This document shows, one piece after another, positions 36,901-48,231 of a stretch of 64,000 bases of DNA. The notes below the pieces were generated by a model. That model was not told where the DNA came from. It saw nothing but the letters and a program-made list of their open reading frames with translations, and searched no databases. The DNA is from Monocercomonoides exilis PA203 (taxonomy: Eukaryota; Protista; Preaxostyla). The stretch's first letter is position 1. Each line of letters starts with the position of its first letter. The translations under genes were made by a program, and so were the position numbers. Location: NCBI GenBank assembly GCA_001643675.2, contig LSRY02000001.1, positions 2,108,001 to 2,172,000 on the forward strand, in the 5' to 3' direction.

Positions 36901-38754
36901 TGTCGAAACCGAAAATAGAGATAACCCAGATGCTTCAAATTCTGTATGGATTGCTGTGCTCATATTGCTTTGACCATAAACAGTGAAACTGTCTGTTCCA
37001 CAATCAAAACTATTTGTTTCGATAATCGTTCCCGAAGATACTTCGACATTGGTCACTAAGTCTGGAATAAGCTGAGACAAACAATTGCTGATCGTGCTGC
37101 ATGGATAAGATTCATAAATTCCACATGCATATGTGTCGTTGCCTTTTGGTTGTGAATCAGTTGATGAGACAAATCTCACGTTTCCAAAATCATTGCGAAG
37201 CCAATCACTCCGATAGGTATATGAATTAGAATTTATACAAACTCTGTATGATGTTTGACCGGTTGAATAGCAACTTGGATCAATATTATTAGATGTTGAA
37301 CCATGAAGCAACATATCGTAGCCACACCTTGTGCCTGTGTTATTGTGGAAAAAACAATAATAAAACAAAACTCTTTTGTTATTTGCATTCAGTAACAAGC
37401 AAACTGCTCCTCCTGAAAGCGAAGAGCAATGATAAAATAAACAATTTGAGAATAAAATTTGAATTGTTCCATCCCAATGAATAATTGCGCCTCCGCAAGA
37501 AGTTGAAGAATTTGACGCTTGACAAAATTTGAAGAATGAGTTAATAACGCATTTTTTTTGTTTTTGAGCAGTTTCTTGATAAAAACCAATTCCTCCTCCG
37601 TCATTGGTAGCAGAACAGTTATTAAATAAACAATTGTCAACCATTGGCTGAACATAAATTGTCTCAAACTGAATCCCTCCTCCACCCCAATCTGAAGAAC
37701 CATATGCAACACATTGATCAAATGTTGAATGATGCACAATGCATTCAGCAATTTTCAAAGCATATATTCCTCCACCTCTTGTAGAAGTTGCTTCGCATCT
37801 TGTGAATGAAGAATTCTCAACTGTAAGAATGGCACTTGCATTGTCATGCACATAAAGAGCGCCTCCTTGTGGTGCTGTGCAATCTTCCCATTCACACAAC
37901 GAAAAGGATTGGCTTTCTGTTGTGTTCAGTTTTTCTTTTTTCTGAAGAGCATTTGTTTCTCTTTTCCCGAAGTTTATTGTTGTGTTTTTGCAGACGAATT
38001 CCTGTGAAGAATATGATCCACTCGATATCCCTCCTTCAAAGACATTCACACACGAATAAATGAGGCTGTTCTCCATTGAACTTCGAAAACATGAATGTTC
38101 CACAAAATGATCGCTATTCTTATCAGATTTCACAGACATGTTCTTAAAGGCACAATTATCAATCTGTTCGCTTTTGCTCTTTCCTGAAACAAGAAAATAG
38201 TCTGAAGCTGAAATAGCTAGGTCTGTCATGATAGAATTGCTCAAAACAGCAACATTTGAATCATCAGATGAAAATATGAGACTGGATGGGTTAAGACTCT
38301 CTTGGGGGATCAAAGTCATGTTTGTGAGGCAGATTGACCCGATAATCAAATGAAAAGGTGATTCCGATTTTTGGTGGGAAACACATGAATCCAACACCAC
38401 ATTCGATTTATCTGTTATTAGAATAAATGGGGAGGAAGAATATTCCACTGCCACATTTTTCAGTCCAACTGAAGCATTGGAAAACCGAAAAAATGAATAA
38501 ATCGCTGTGCATGTTCCTGCCATCCATCTGTTCATTCCTGATGCTTTTCTCTGTTCTGAAAAATAAATGTTATTGCCAGTTGTGAAAAACTGTGCATCAT
38601 TTGAGTTGCCTTGACCAAAATAAATACAGTTATGTTTAAAAGTTGTATTTGAAAAAATACCTTGGTTTTCAAATGTGGCTGTTTCATAGATGAATTGAGA
38701 TTTAAATGTCTCTGCCAGAATCAGACATGCTAAAAGAAACAAATGCACCCTCAT
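30967..38754 (-). CDS. 2595-aa type I membrane receptor: parallel beta-helix (pectin-lyase/PMP-like) ectodomain, TM helix, C-terminal kinase-like domain
   Basis: Single ORF with signal peptide, repeated F..C.A...GGG(A)I motifs and CG....PC.S/T repeats. TM WAVIIAIIFVVLFLIVLIGFILFAV. C-lobe motifs LRWKAPE, FSIGMMLWECLTLEIPF, CLSAQPEDR. Confidence 0.92.
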   Translation of the reverse strand: MRVHLFLLACLILAETFKSQFIYETATFENQGIFSNTTFKHNCIYFGQGNSNDAQFFTTGNNIYFSEQRKASGMNRWMAGTCTAIYSFFRFSNASVGLKNVAVEYSSSPFILITDKSNVVLDSCVSHQKSESPFHLIIGSICLTNMTLIPQESLNPSSLIFSSDDSNVAVLSNSIMTDLAISASDYFLVSGKSKSEQIDNCAFKNMSVKSDKNSDHFVEHSCFRSSMENSLIYSCVNVFEGGISSGSYSSQEFVCKNTTINFGKRETNALQKKEKLNTTESQSFSLCEWEDCTAPQGGALYVHDNASAILTVENSSFTRCEATSTRGGGIYALKIAECIVHHSTFDQCVAYGSSDWGGGGIQFETIYVQPMVDNCLFNNCSATNDGGGIGFYQETAQKQKKCVINSFFKFCQASNSSTSCGGAIIHWDGTIQILFSNCLFYHCSSLSGGAVCLLLNANNKRVLFYYCFFHNNTGTRCGYDMLLHGSTSNNIDPSCYSTGQTSYRVCINSNSYTYRSDWLRNDFGNVRFVSSTDSQPKGNDTYACGIYESYPCSTISNCLSQLIPDLVTNVEVSSGTIIETNSFDCGTDSFTVYGQSNMSTAIHTEFEASGLSLFSVSTGTLTARDFVLVHDSAHPNNRGSRLFEISGAGGMSVSKLNISFGSGQSAETAFSTELLNIQNGMFQMEHVNWAKTISTNSLFSLSSTNEISLTLSECALDGIERTTSGAAVISFSNDKANIDVNCCTFEGCGSRTSADGGSMMLCVGNGNEVKVKDGSFDGCYCSATYGFGGGILLRLSTENPNFLISSSFGTNTAKWGRDIFVISPNLEETAKSENITCVEASLDSLEKVRGYDNGDTSLAIPLCIYLLPTPEEIYVSNSEASNHSRCGIVQFPCLTMKHSLTRQTGTKKIVVNGMIMMSDELAFGEQKHEIRGKDGESGWTVSDSSETSNSAMISASVETELSKLIFSLPSSLPLHSTFISSSSSSITLSQCSLSLQNPSSELTILFLSVGSGILIIDKFSASSITLSGNPLISLSGSGTNTELMSTLWLNMTNSNFTEIERAAGSGGCVSIDNSNDENTNAEINIEECVFDGCSVLTDESRGGAIDGQLKGSIQMNVISCTFTGCTAPAEERKIGFGGGMALKLIDGFSSFVISSPVFEADKPNVARHGNDLFVESPNLTKSITNTSLPYVTGHLADISLDSMRGFDGSDTTNAIPLVNFWRAIGSEIFIGSEGCDVCVCGFSDYPCLSMDYSLDRLPEGNERNVSIIGKGYLRKSVDASGISVKSDESSMCSLECVSSLEGAEEAAMKICGISNLELIKFVLPSSFASGVDVLMHVGSSEGLLTVKDCSFTKKGDEREELTDHGLIKADGGTVVLELVTMQLLSFSQDVISVLSTTVLNAKNLTMKNIELEGASGLRISKGSAGEKRGSNEGEQNINIEWSLFEEVTQDTTENISIIRNENDEPLKMVVRNTTMKRCGGLKCGKGGGMFCELNEGGSFECSFCKISECFCSTAGRGGWLFLECTSMDEKPLKFVLSNITFRDNSALRGSDVYIRCHSIETQIVDEQFLLDFRAPFVKDKAIWGCTTDSFAGEEDLLLRVMRYQSETIFVSSVAENRADSKQCGELDTPCHSLSFGVQHIIPSLYSQLLILEQTEIVGKCDVLDVTIRSLQSPSSALVYLNSTITNEGSIITTSENVRIERLKFNFGQLFSYSGSSIIHEASGQLSLSFVDFSSVGQSESIESIVLNSTLLSIANGILHVDNCSISMLSFQKPSFLLNGDEINITNVKLEQIESTTDVFEIEQCGSVVFNGVSADGVKLSEGCVIAINDSSSSSISIGISSFDNCSRNSKGASVITASSTPAQIILSNCSCSNCDSLSVKGSIMEISNAKDVSLQMCEFEGILSKESESERNNNFEEICKWNGSLVHSANSSLMMKDVIVSNASQGGLSVSAGDVTIEKGEFLNNNPFIEKYPSLRRNIICSDSASLTISSVKGGDGLKENSSFWILNDGCTLGGIAGERSSPFFIPKLEDVSVNENGSNVVVKFKGSLLLPCDLLFRLIFKTGDVELVETYPFEEDSFVSETEVIGRIPSENISNIADEAEVSVMILFGKQLAATSPQIVKNKTEPKTGNDKVVEGGKEGKSSWAVIIAIIFVVLFLIVLIGFILFAVRWRKAKNENKDLREIVNDTVRKDPKLIEMVTMEPSPEEQWRRAEREAEKKNEERIKKRVYAKSLGHSESSEHLLSESGSTEYILGRDSDKIPEWMLEKVEEEEIRKRSPSPSISSTSTTSTTDSDSTFVRGEELCPTTSSMSNLVDVMACSSPHEKLIVDLRDSLFMLLHGRNKTKEMAIGTLQEREVTAAQILFWVANLALHSFNEMENPLSSLANLTPHIVLFSEHMVICIVLHSDFSSDSDSSSISSSSTMVTSSSDISVMSERFTKSPPPSSAFEDDEDEERKECLRWKAPELQMNKKMGATKESVAFSIGMMLWECLTLEIPFDEYEGEVAGQKIVNHERPNMSAVKESNFFEIIRACLSAQPEDRLSLAGLKREFIQRFPAGAAILTMSDAIDLEETTEDGEHMTSVNSSDITGTLKTEK

Positions 38755-41098
38755 ACGGAATTAAAATCAGTTTTGATTTGATAAATTAATTATTATGAGA
38801 ATGATCATTTTTTATTTTTTTAACACATTATTGAAAAAAAGAAAATGTGAGTTCGAAATACTTATTATTGTTTTTGAAACTAATTGGAAAAAGTACTTTG
38901 TCAAGATTCTGCTCTTAAACAGCAGTCCAGAATAAAACTGTTTTTTTCTAAAAAAATATTTAACCATGAATCATTCAATCTTTTGAAAGAAAAATTTTAT
39001 AAACCAAATGCAATTTGGTGCTTGTTTGGCAAATAGGTTTGCATTGTATATTCAATCACTAAAACAGACAATTATTTGTAAATGAATTTTTGAAAAATAG
39101 TTATAAGAAAACGTCAAAACTAACTAAAATTTGTTTCTTCATTGTTTGTTATTCATAAAACATTTATGTTTTGATCCCAATTCGCATGGAAAATATCTGA
39201 TAAACCATAGTCATGTTTTCAGATTGAATTGTTTTTTCAAAACTATTGTTGAACGTGCAATCAAGATTTTCAAGGAATCCAATAATCATACCTTCTGTTG
39301 AGAAATGTTTTTTTCATTAAACTGTGGAATTGGATTCAAATATTTTAATGCAAAAGAGTTAACAGTTTGCATAACCATTTGATTAGACAGTTTTGCGAAC
39401 AAATATGAAAGAAATGGTTTATATTATCATTGGCTGACTGAAAAAAAGATAAAAGGTGGAAGATACTTAAAGAATGCCAATTTATATGTTTGCTCATTTC
39501 TGGTTTGTGAATGATTTTTTTATAATATCATTTGTTCGTTTTGCAGGCATTTGATTTGAGAGATGGATAAACAACATTTGAAAATTGCTTTTCGGAAAGA
39601 AATACTGTTGAGAATTTTTGGCAAAGATGAAGTTTGTAATATTTTTTTTTGTATATTTATTTTTTTTAATTGTTCAGAGTGCATGAACCAAATAAACTGA
39701 ATGAATGACTGACATTCACTTTTCTTGGAAGAATGCCTTGCTCGAACAACTGGTTCATGTGGAAAGAATGTCGAGGCGAAAAGATTGGATTGGTGCTGGA
39801 CGAAATAAATTTTTGATTCAATCAGAAGGAATTGTTAAAATTCCAAATCTCTCTTTTTTCAGAAGGATCAGAAACCTTCTCAAACGAAAATGAGAACACT
39901 TTTTGAAATGGATGATTGGAGAATATGTTACAGAAACGATTGAAAAAGGATGGAATGATGAATTTTTATTGAAGAAAATGTGTATTTTCAAATGAACAAT
40001 AATTGAAAATGACAAACAAATCAAAAGGTTTGCTTTATATATATTTTTTAAAAAAAATAAATTTTTTGTATTTTTATTGTTTTTTTCATGCTTTTCAAAA
40101 AGCGAGGGATTTGATGACTTTGAAGAATAAGAACAGAGGAGAAGGAGAAGGCAAAGAAGAAGAAAAACAAAAATTCAAGAAATAATGAAGATGCATTGCA
40201 TTGGGTTTTTGCGAAGAGTTATTTTGGAAGAAAGATTATTTATGAGAAAGAAGTGAAGGAAAAGCGGAAGATTTTGAATGAAAAGAATGGTTTCCAAATA
40301 TTTCATGTTTTTTGTCAGAGAAAAAAAAAGATGGAGTTGAATACGTGAAAGATTGAGAAGACGTTGTTTCTGAGAACACACAAAAATGGAAGAAGAAGCA
40401 AGATAACGTTTGTTTTTGCTGAATTTCAACCAATTTTATTTGATGTTGCTTTTTATTACAATTCCTCCAAGCTAATCATCTCATTTTGTTAGCTTCAATC
40501 GTTTATTTATTAATTTTGCTTCTTCTTCTTCCTCCCCTTCCTCTTCCTCTTCTTTTGCATCTTCTTCACCAATAAAAATGTAATGTTAACAATTCATTCT
40601 TTTCAACTCTTTGTTAATTCTTCTGCAAGTTTTGTTTTCCATTTCTATTCACAAACACAAAGCTAATTTTCTCATCTGTCAAGAAGAAGCAGCCAAAACA
40701 ATTAGGCAATGCAATGGATATGATATTGACATCCAATCAAAAAAGAAAAAGAAAAAGAAAAAGAAAAAGAAACTTGTTTCAAATAAGTTGTTAATAAATT
40801 TTTGCTCACAAAGGAAACATCTTGTTCATCATTGAAAATTATGCTTCTTAGTGAAATTCCAATTAATTTTTGTGATGAACTGTTCAACAGACACATTTCT
40901 TCCTTTCCCATCCAATTTGATTCATTTTGAAAAATATATAAATAAAAAAATACCTGCCATTAAACAAAACGAAATAAAACTTCATTCTGAAATAATGAAA
41001 AAATAAATAATTTTGATGAGATTTGCAAAAATTACGAAAATTAAATAAAATAAAATAAAATCAGCCAAAAGGTATTCGCAATCACCTCATAATTCTGT

Positions 41099-44000
41099 TC
41101 ACTCATTTTCATCAGAAGTTGTTTTGATGTGCTCTTCGTCAACCATCTGGAACTCTCCCGAAGTCGAATGTTCTGAGTCTTCCAATGATGATGACTGTAA
41201 CAACGATGACGGAGAAGATGAAGATAATGTGATGGAAGATGACATTGAAGGTGAAGGTGAAGGTGAAGACGAAGACGAAGACGAAGATGAAAGCGAAGAG
41301 GAGGAAAAAGAAGAAGGCGGAGAAGCAATTGGCGAATCCTGCGCTGCTGAAAAGGGGCTTTTCTGCTTTTTATCGTCCTCCTCCTCTTCTCTCCCTCTCC
41401 CTCTCCCTCTTCTTCCTCTCTTTCTCCATTCATTTTTATTCTCTCCGTCTCTTTCTCTTTCTCTTTCTCCTTCTCCTTCTCTCCTCTCCATCTTCTCCTT
41501 CTTCATTGGTGACGAAAACCAAGAGCCAACTGTCTTGAACATTCCTCCAACAGCAGAAAACGACCACGACACAATCGAAGCTGTGCTGCTCCACCAGCCT
41601 TTCAACGCCTTTTGCGTGTTCACCCAAATCTGCTCCCAGTCTGCTGCATACAAATACACTTTTTGCCCGTTTTGGCTTGCACTATCATTTTTTCTGTGAC
41701 CATTGAAATTTTTATTATTTTTATTATTTTTATTACTTTTATTATTATAACCATTACTATTATTACTATTATTACTCCCTGTTTTCCCCTCTGCCAAATC
41801 TCCAATGAACGACCTTCCAATGCAGATGAACTGTTCTCCTCTCTTCGCATAGCGCTGGCCCAGGGCATCGCTCCATTCTTGTTCAGACAGAACGGATTCA
41901 GTCGCGTTCTGCAGGCGATGGAGAAGAAGATCGCGAGATGGGGGCGGGTCAGAGGAAGAGGAAGAAGAGAAGGAGGAAGAGGAAGAGGAAGAAGAAGAGG
42001 AAGAAGAAAGGGAAGAAGAAAGGGAAGAAGGAGAAGGAGAGGAGGGAGAAGGAGAAGATAAAGGAGACGAAGAAGAAGATGATATTGAATCAATAGATGA
42101 AGAAGAAGAAGGAGAAGAAGAAGAAGCATTTTGCTGCGTGTTCTTTTCTTCTCCATTGATGTCGAAGAAAGGCGGGTGAGGATTAATCAAATTCTCCAGT
42201 TTGGGAATGGCACAGAGCAAATGCTCAACTGTTGGCGGAGTGAAAATTGGAGATATGGAAAAAGAAGAAGAAGAAAGAGGAGAAGAAAGAGGAGAAGAGG
42301 GGAAAGAAAAGGAAGAGAAAGAAGAGGAGGGGGATGATGAAGAAGGAGAAGAGGAGGAGGAGGAGGAAGGGGAAGGTGAAGGGGAAGGGGAGGAAGAAGA
42401 AAGCGTTGAATCAGGTGGTATAGTTGATGGTGGTGATTGAGAAGGAGGAGAAAGATGAATGTCTGAAATGGAAGAAGAGCTGTTTTGAGAGTCAGTTGAA
42501 GTGCTGATAGAATCAGAAGGGTTCTTTGAAGAAGAAGAAGAAGAAGAGGAGGAGGAGGAGGGAGAAGAAGAAGAGGAGGAGGAAGAAGAAGAAGAAGAAT
42601 CCGAAGAAACAGAAGAAGAAGGAGTAATTGGATTGAATTGATAAGAAGTATCCAACGAAAGGAAATTCGAAGGAGGAGAAGAAGCTGGCTTTGCGAACAA
42701 AACAGAAGAAGACATTGTGGAAGAGACAGAAGTTGGGGAGGACATGTTTGTTTTGACTGAAAAGGGAGAGGGAAGGAATTGATGAGAAGAAGAAAGAGAA
42801 AGAGATGAAGAAGAAGAAGAAGAGGAAGAGGAAGATATTGTTGTTGCTGTTGATGATGATGATGAAGTTGTTGTTAATGAATTTGGTGAAACAGAAGGAG
42901 AAGACGGTGAAGTTGCATATTTTTCCACAAAATTTGAAGAAGACGAAGAAGACGAAGATGAAACCGAAGCAACATTGCCAACCCCCTCAGAACCACTCAA
43001 AGAATCTTCCTTCCTTCTTTCTCTTCTCTTCTGTTTTCCTTCCTCTTTCCCTCTCCCTCTCTCCTTCTCTTCTCTTCCTCCTCTTCCCCCTCCTCTTCCC
43101 TTTCCTCCTCCTCTTCCTCCACCACTTCCTCCCCCTTTTCCCTCCAGCCCTTCCTGCAAGCTCCTGAGCGCCTCATGCTTCTCCCTCATCTCCTCTGGCC
43201 ATTCGGCACACACCCTGATCTCCCCCACGCCTCTGTCCCCGACCCACAACTGCCTCAGCGCCTTCTTCGTCTCCAGCGCACAGCCAACAAACGTGCCCAC
43301 GTCTTCCCTTTCAACCGCGGGGAAATGCATCAATAGAGACAGCGCATCATTCACGTCGGTCTCTTCGCTCATCAGCACAGGACGCATCGCAGCCATCATC
43401 GCCACGGCCACTTCGATCACGCTTTCAAACTGAGTGCCGAGAAGAAGAGGGTGGTTGGCAGCGAACAAAGAGTCCCAGAGGATGAATGTGACTTCGAGGG
43501 AGAATTCTCGGAGAAATAGCATGCGGAGCCAGCGGAGCAGGAAAAATTGTGGTTCCACGGAGAAATACAGGAAGCGGTTGTAAAGAGCTTCGTCGCGGGC
43601 TTTGAGGAGGGAGAAGCAGCGCTGGGACTCGAGGACGATGTTGGGGAGGAGGCGGAGAGGAGGAGAAGGAGGAGGAGAAGGAGAAAAGGGAGAAGAAGAA
43701 GAGGAACAGGAAGAAGGAGGAGAAGGAGAATTGAAAGAATTCGACTCAGAAGGCTCTACAGAAGCATCTTCTGAGGTGTTTTTGCTTGAGGCACCTTCAA
43801 CTGAAGAAGCCGAATCTGTGTTTATTGAAGAAGAATTTTGTGTATTGTCATCAGAAGGTGTAGGCTTCACTGAAGAAGAAGTACTTGTGTCATTTTCTGA
43901 AGAGCTGATATAAGCAGGCGGATCAGTTTCTGTATCAGATTTCGGAGAAATGTCAGTTTTTATTTCTCCGTTGCTTGAATTTTGCTCTCCATCTTCACTT

Positions 44001-44878
44001 TTTTGAGAAGTGGATTGTTGTTCCTTTTGTTTTTGCCTTTGTAGTTGCATCTGCTTCTGTCGTTCTTCCTGCATTTTATCGAATTCTGGGTCGAAATACC
44101 AATTTTTAATGTTTGACATAAGCATATCAAACAGTGAGTATGTGTCAGCTTCAACATATGAATCATCGAAAAGAGTTTCCATAAAATTGGGAATCTGAGA
44201 AGGAAATGTCACTTCGTTTGTGGATTTTTTGCCTTTAACAAGCTTGCTGTCTGTTCTATTCTTTGTCAAACCCTGAAGCTGCAATTTTGGTACTGTGTTT
44301 GTCCAAATCACTGCATAAAGACAAGCTGCAAGTTCATGCATCCCTTGTTGATAGCTTTCTTTTGGATTTTCTCTCGCCCAAATGGTTAAAATAGAATTTA
44401 TAGAATCCAAAACATGGTCTTGTCTGAAAAATGGAATTCCAACAAAAAGTCTGTGAAGATCCAATGGAATAATGCTTTCTGCCGAATCTGGTGACTCTCC
44501 AGAAGAAGAAGACGGAGAAGTTGCGGAATCTCCAATATCTATATATTTTTCTATTTTATACTTTGCTTTTAAATGCTGATATTGCTTCCTTGAAGCATTA
44601 ATTTGTTCAATCCATTCAGTTCCAATTTTCCCTGTAAGAACATTTAAAAAATATCTCCAACAAACACCTCGAATAGGACTATTTTGTAGGCCATATTTGA
44701 TAGCATATGCACGAGGTAGTATTTCTGAATTAAACGAATTTTCACCGAATAAAATATCTAATTCAATTCTTGAAAATCATGAATAATTTCACTCTTTTCT
44801 TTAAAAAGAAAAAGTTAAAAAATACTTTGCAAGTTCATATTGCTGAACATCCAATTGTTTGAAAGCCACATCTTCCAT
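41099..44878 (-). CDS. TBC-domain Rab GTPase-activating protein, TBC1D5/Gyp6-like, with long Ser-rich insertions
   Basis: Exon 1 44826..44878 (MEDVAFKQ...), 57-nt intron 44769..44825, then one long exon. Motifs RGVCWRYFL, DLHRL (Arg finger), YQQGMHEL (Gln finger), PQFFLLRWLRMLFLREF..LWDSLFA. Confidence 0.88.
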
Positions 44879-45023
44879 CACAAAAAATACGAATTGAAAA
44901 TTGATCTGAAGCCAGAACATTTTTTTCAAAAGAGCAGTTGCCGTTTTTGCTTTGTTGAAATTTGTTTGACTTCATCTGTAACATTCATTTCTTATTGTTT
45001 AATTGAATCGAATAAATTAATTA
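44879..45023. promoter_or_regulatory. Putative bidirectional promoter (145 bp between divergent ATGs)
   Basis: TBC gene ATG at 44878 (-) and Rpn9 ATG at 45024 (+). Confidence 0.6.
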
Positions 45024-47533
45024 ATGAATGAAGGGACATTCGATCAATATATTGAAAAAATGACAGACTTGGGCCCGCTTGAGGAACTTAAGAGAAAGAA
45101 GTTTATATCTTTTGTATTGATTTGAGAAATTATTATTAATATTGTTTTTATTTTATATAAATCATTCAGGTTGTGGCATCAGTTAACTGAGGAAATTTTA
45201 CAATATATCGATAATCATGAGGAAATGGACTTAACTTCTTTATATGAAACTATTGTTAATGGATTATTTCCTTATATGAATGAAATGAAGTGGGCAAAAA
45301 TTGTTACAACAATTGCAAAAACAACTCCAAGTTTGTTATTTCTCCGCTTGATTATTTTATTGTGTAAATGATTTTTAATATTCTTTTAAAGATCCCGTTT
45401 CATTTTTGGCAAAAATTCGTGGAACTTTCGATGAGCAAATGAAAATGAATCATCTTGATTCTTATTTGATTATCACTTTATCTATTGCACAGCATTTACA
45501 ATTCACCGATGAAGGAACACTTGAGGAATCTTCATCTTCTTCCACTTCATCTTCAACTGGGTTCATTTCAATGCTTAAAGGAAGAGAGCTAGCTGATCAA
45601 TTAATATCTGAAGTAACTCCACTAATTGAGGAACGAATTGGATATGTAAACCCAACAATTCATTTAAGTTTGGAGGCACCAGTTGAAGAACCTGTTGTTG
45701 CATTATATCATTTAGTTATTGCAGAAAAATGTCAGGTACATATTTATTTTATTTCCACCAACAAATATATGAATAATATTTTTCTGTATTTTATAATATT
45801 TGTTATTTAATAAAAAATATTTATACGAAAATAGTTGTCACACGACTTTCTTGGCTTTTATCATCATATGCTTCAATATCTATCTCGAACACCCATGAAG
45901 CAAATCAAACTCAAAGTTCAAAGAGAAATTGCAAAGAGTCTTGCTGTTTCAGCTATTGTTTCTCCATCTCTATACACTTTTGGAGAACTTGTATGAATCT
46001 ATTTTGTTTAAAAGCAATAATCTTTTCTTTTCTTTTTGATTATGAAACGGCGTTATTTTCATTTACATATTTATTTATTTATTTATTTATTTATTTATCT
46101 TTTTATCATTCCTCTCTTCCTGTTATCTAACTTTCAATCTTTCAAATTCATATATTTGATTCAACCTGTCATTTTAGGCTTCGCACCCGCTGTTTCAGTC
46201 TCTGAAGGGAACAGAAGACGAGTGGCTACACGAGCTTGTGCTTATATTCGATGAAGGAGATTCTCAAAAGTACAAAAAATTCATTACAGAACACGACGCA
46301 GTGATGAGAACACAGGTTTGGAGTGTTGTGCTTTGAGAATAGAGAATTGAGAATTGGGGGAAAAGAAAGAGAGAAAGAGAAAGAGAAAGAGATGAAATGA
46401 AAAGAAATTAGAATATATTTAAATATATCTATCTTTCATAAAGAAAAGTTATTGACAATTATTAAAAGTGATCATATTTTTTTTTTAAATGAGAATTTTA
46501 GAAATAAATTGAATGGAGTGAGGAATTCGTCTTTTTTTTTTATTTCGGAAAACATAATCAATTATGCGTCTGAAATAAATTTTGTATAAAACATACTTTT
46601 TTTTATTGTTTTTCATTCTTCTTCTTCTTCTTCTTCTTCTTCTCCTTATTCTTCTTCTTTTTCTTCTCCTTATTCTTCTTCTTCTTGTTCTTCTTCTTCT
46701 TCTTCTTCTTCTTCTTCTTCTTCTTCTTCTTCTTCTTCTTCTTCTTCTTCTTCTTCTTCTCTCTCTTTCTCTTTCTCTTTCTCTTTCTCTTTCTCTTTCT
46801 CTTTCTCTTTCTCTTTCTCTTTCTCTTTCTCTTTCTCTCTCTCTCATCCAGCCAATTCTTCTCGAGCACTCCTCTGTTTTGAGAGACAAGCTGCGTGTGG
46901 CTTCGATTGTTTCGTATGTCTTTTCGCTTCCCGTCGAAAAGCGGGTGATTTCCTTCGAAGACGTCCAGCGTGTGGCGCAGGTTTCTCCTGCGATGGTCGA
47001 ATTTCTGGTTCTGAAGTCGTTTGCAACGGGAATTATAACAGGGAGAATAGACGAGGTTTGTGGAGAAAGAGAGAAAGAGAAAGAGAAATAAGTGATAATT
47101 CATTTTCAATTGGAGATTAGCTAAAAGAAATGGGAAAAGAGAAATGAAAAGAAAAAGTTAAAGAAAAAAGAAAGGAGGGAAAAATGATGAAATTTATTGT
47201 GAGGGTTAAAAGTGAAGTTGAATTTCAAAACTTAATGAAGATTTGTTATAATTGAATGAAAAACGATTAATTATTTAAATTTTTTATTAATATTTTTAAC
47301 GAAATTTGCGATGTATTTTCTATCTTTCTTGATATATTTTCAATTCTTATGTTATTTTTTTTTCTTTTTTCTTTGAAAAGATCGAAAAACTTGTGGTTAT
47401 AACTGACATAAAGCCGCGAATGCTCTCTCGTTTTCACGTTGCACAAATGGAAAAGAAAGTGACTGCCTGGAGTGAAAGAGCTGCTGATTCACTCCATTTC
47501 CTTCAGGCAACAATGAATTCCGCAAGAAACTAA
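45024..47533 (+). CDS. RPN9: 26S proteasome lid subunit Rpn9/PSMD13 (PCI domain), 7 exons
   Basis: Exons 45024-45100, 45170-45330, 45392-45735, 45835-45990, 46178-46315, 46852-47055, 47381-47533 splice in frame with GT-AG. Motifs KKLWHQLT, FYHHMLQYL, LYTFGEL-ASHP, ISFEDV..VEFLVLKSFATGIITGRIDE, KPRML. Confidence 0.92.
46612..46845 (+). repeat. Intronic (CTT)n followed by (CTTTCT)n microsatellite
   Basis: Directly visible, immediately upstream of the acceptor at 46851. Confidence 0.95.
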
Positions 47534-48231
47534 TTGTTGATAATTCTTGTTTTGAATTGATGAGTATAAAAAGGAATTTTAAAAAAAATAAATCGTACTG
47601 AATGAGGTTCGTTTTGTTCATGGGATTTTCATTGTGATTTTGCTGCTGTGTTTTCAGTCTCCAACTTTAGACTTGGCTCAATAATAATTATTAAATATAT
47701 CTTAAACATCCTTTACAGATTTCTTGAGTTGTTAAAGTTAAACTTGAAAGGAAATGAATAAAAAATTTATTTCATCAATGGATAAAATACAAATAAAACT
47801 TATTGATTGAATAATTGAAGTTAAGTTTTAATTAAAAATCACAAAACATCAATGCTGAAACTCATCCTCTTAATTAAGCAACATCAATTTTCAATCAACT
47901 GGATCAAAATTTGGTATATGGTTTCGAAAGATACATGTGCATTACAAAATCGTTTGTTTCGTTTTTGATAACAATTCATAATTATGTATTTAAATGTTTT
48001 CTCTGAAACAAATTTTTTGTTGTTTATTTAGAAAATATTTTTTATTCCGAAAATTTTTATTTCCTCTTTTTCGAATGAAACTCAATAAACTTTGTTGTCG
48101 TTATGAATTTTGAATCAATTCGCAATCAAAAATATATTATTTGTTATCGTTATATAGGGTTATCTTTTTATTGGAACTTTTTTCTTTATTGGCACCAAAA
48201 TGTTTTGAAATGAAAAAAAGTTAAAAACACA

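Noticed and set aside
31346-38063. Numerous plus-strand ORFs up to 409 aa
   Set aside because: Antisense shadows of the 2595-aa gene with no independent motifs.
39200-40000. Exon-like fragments with splice-like boundaries
   Set aside because: Frames are interrupted and no family could be recognised.
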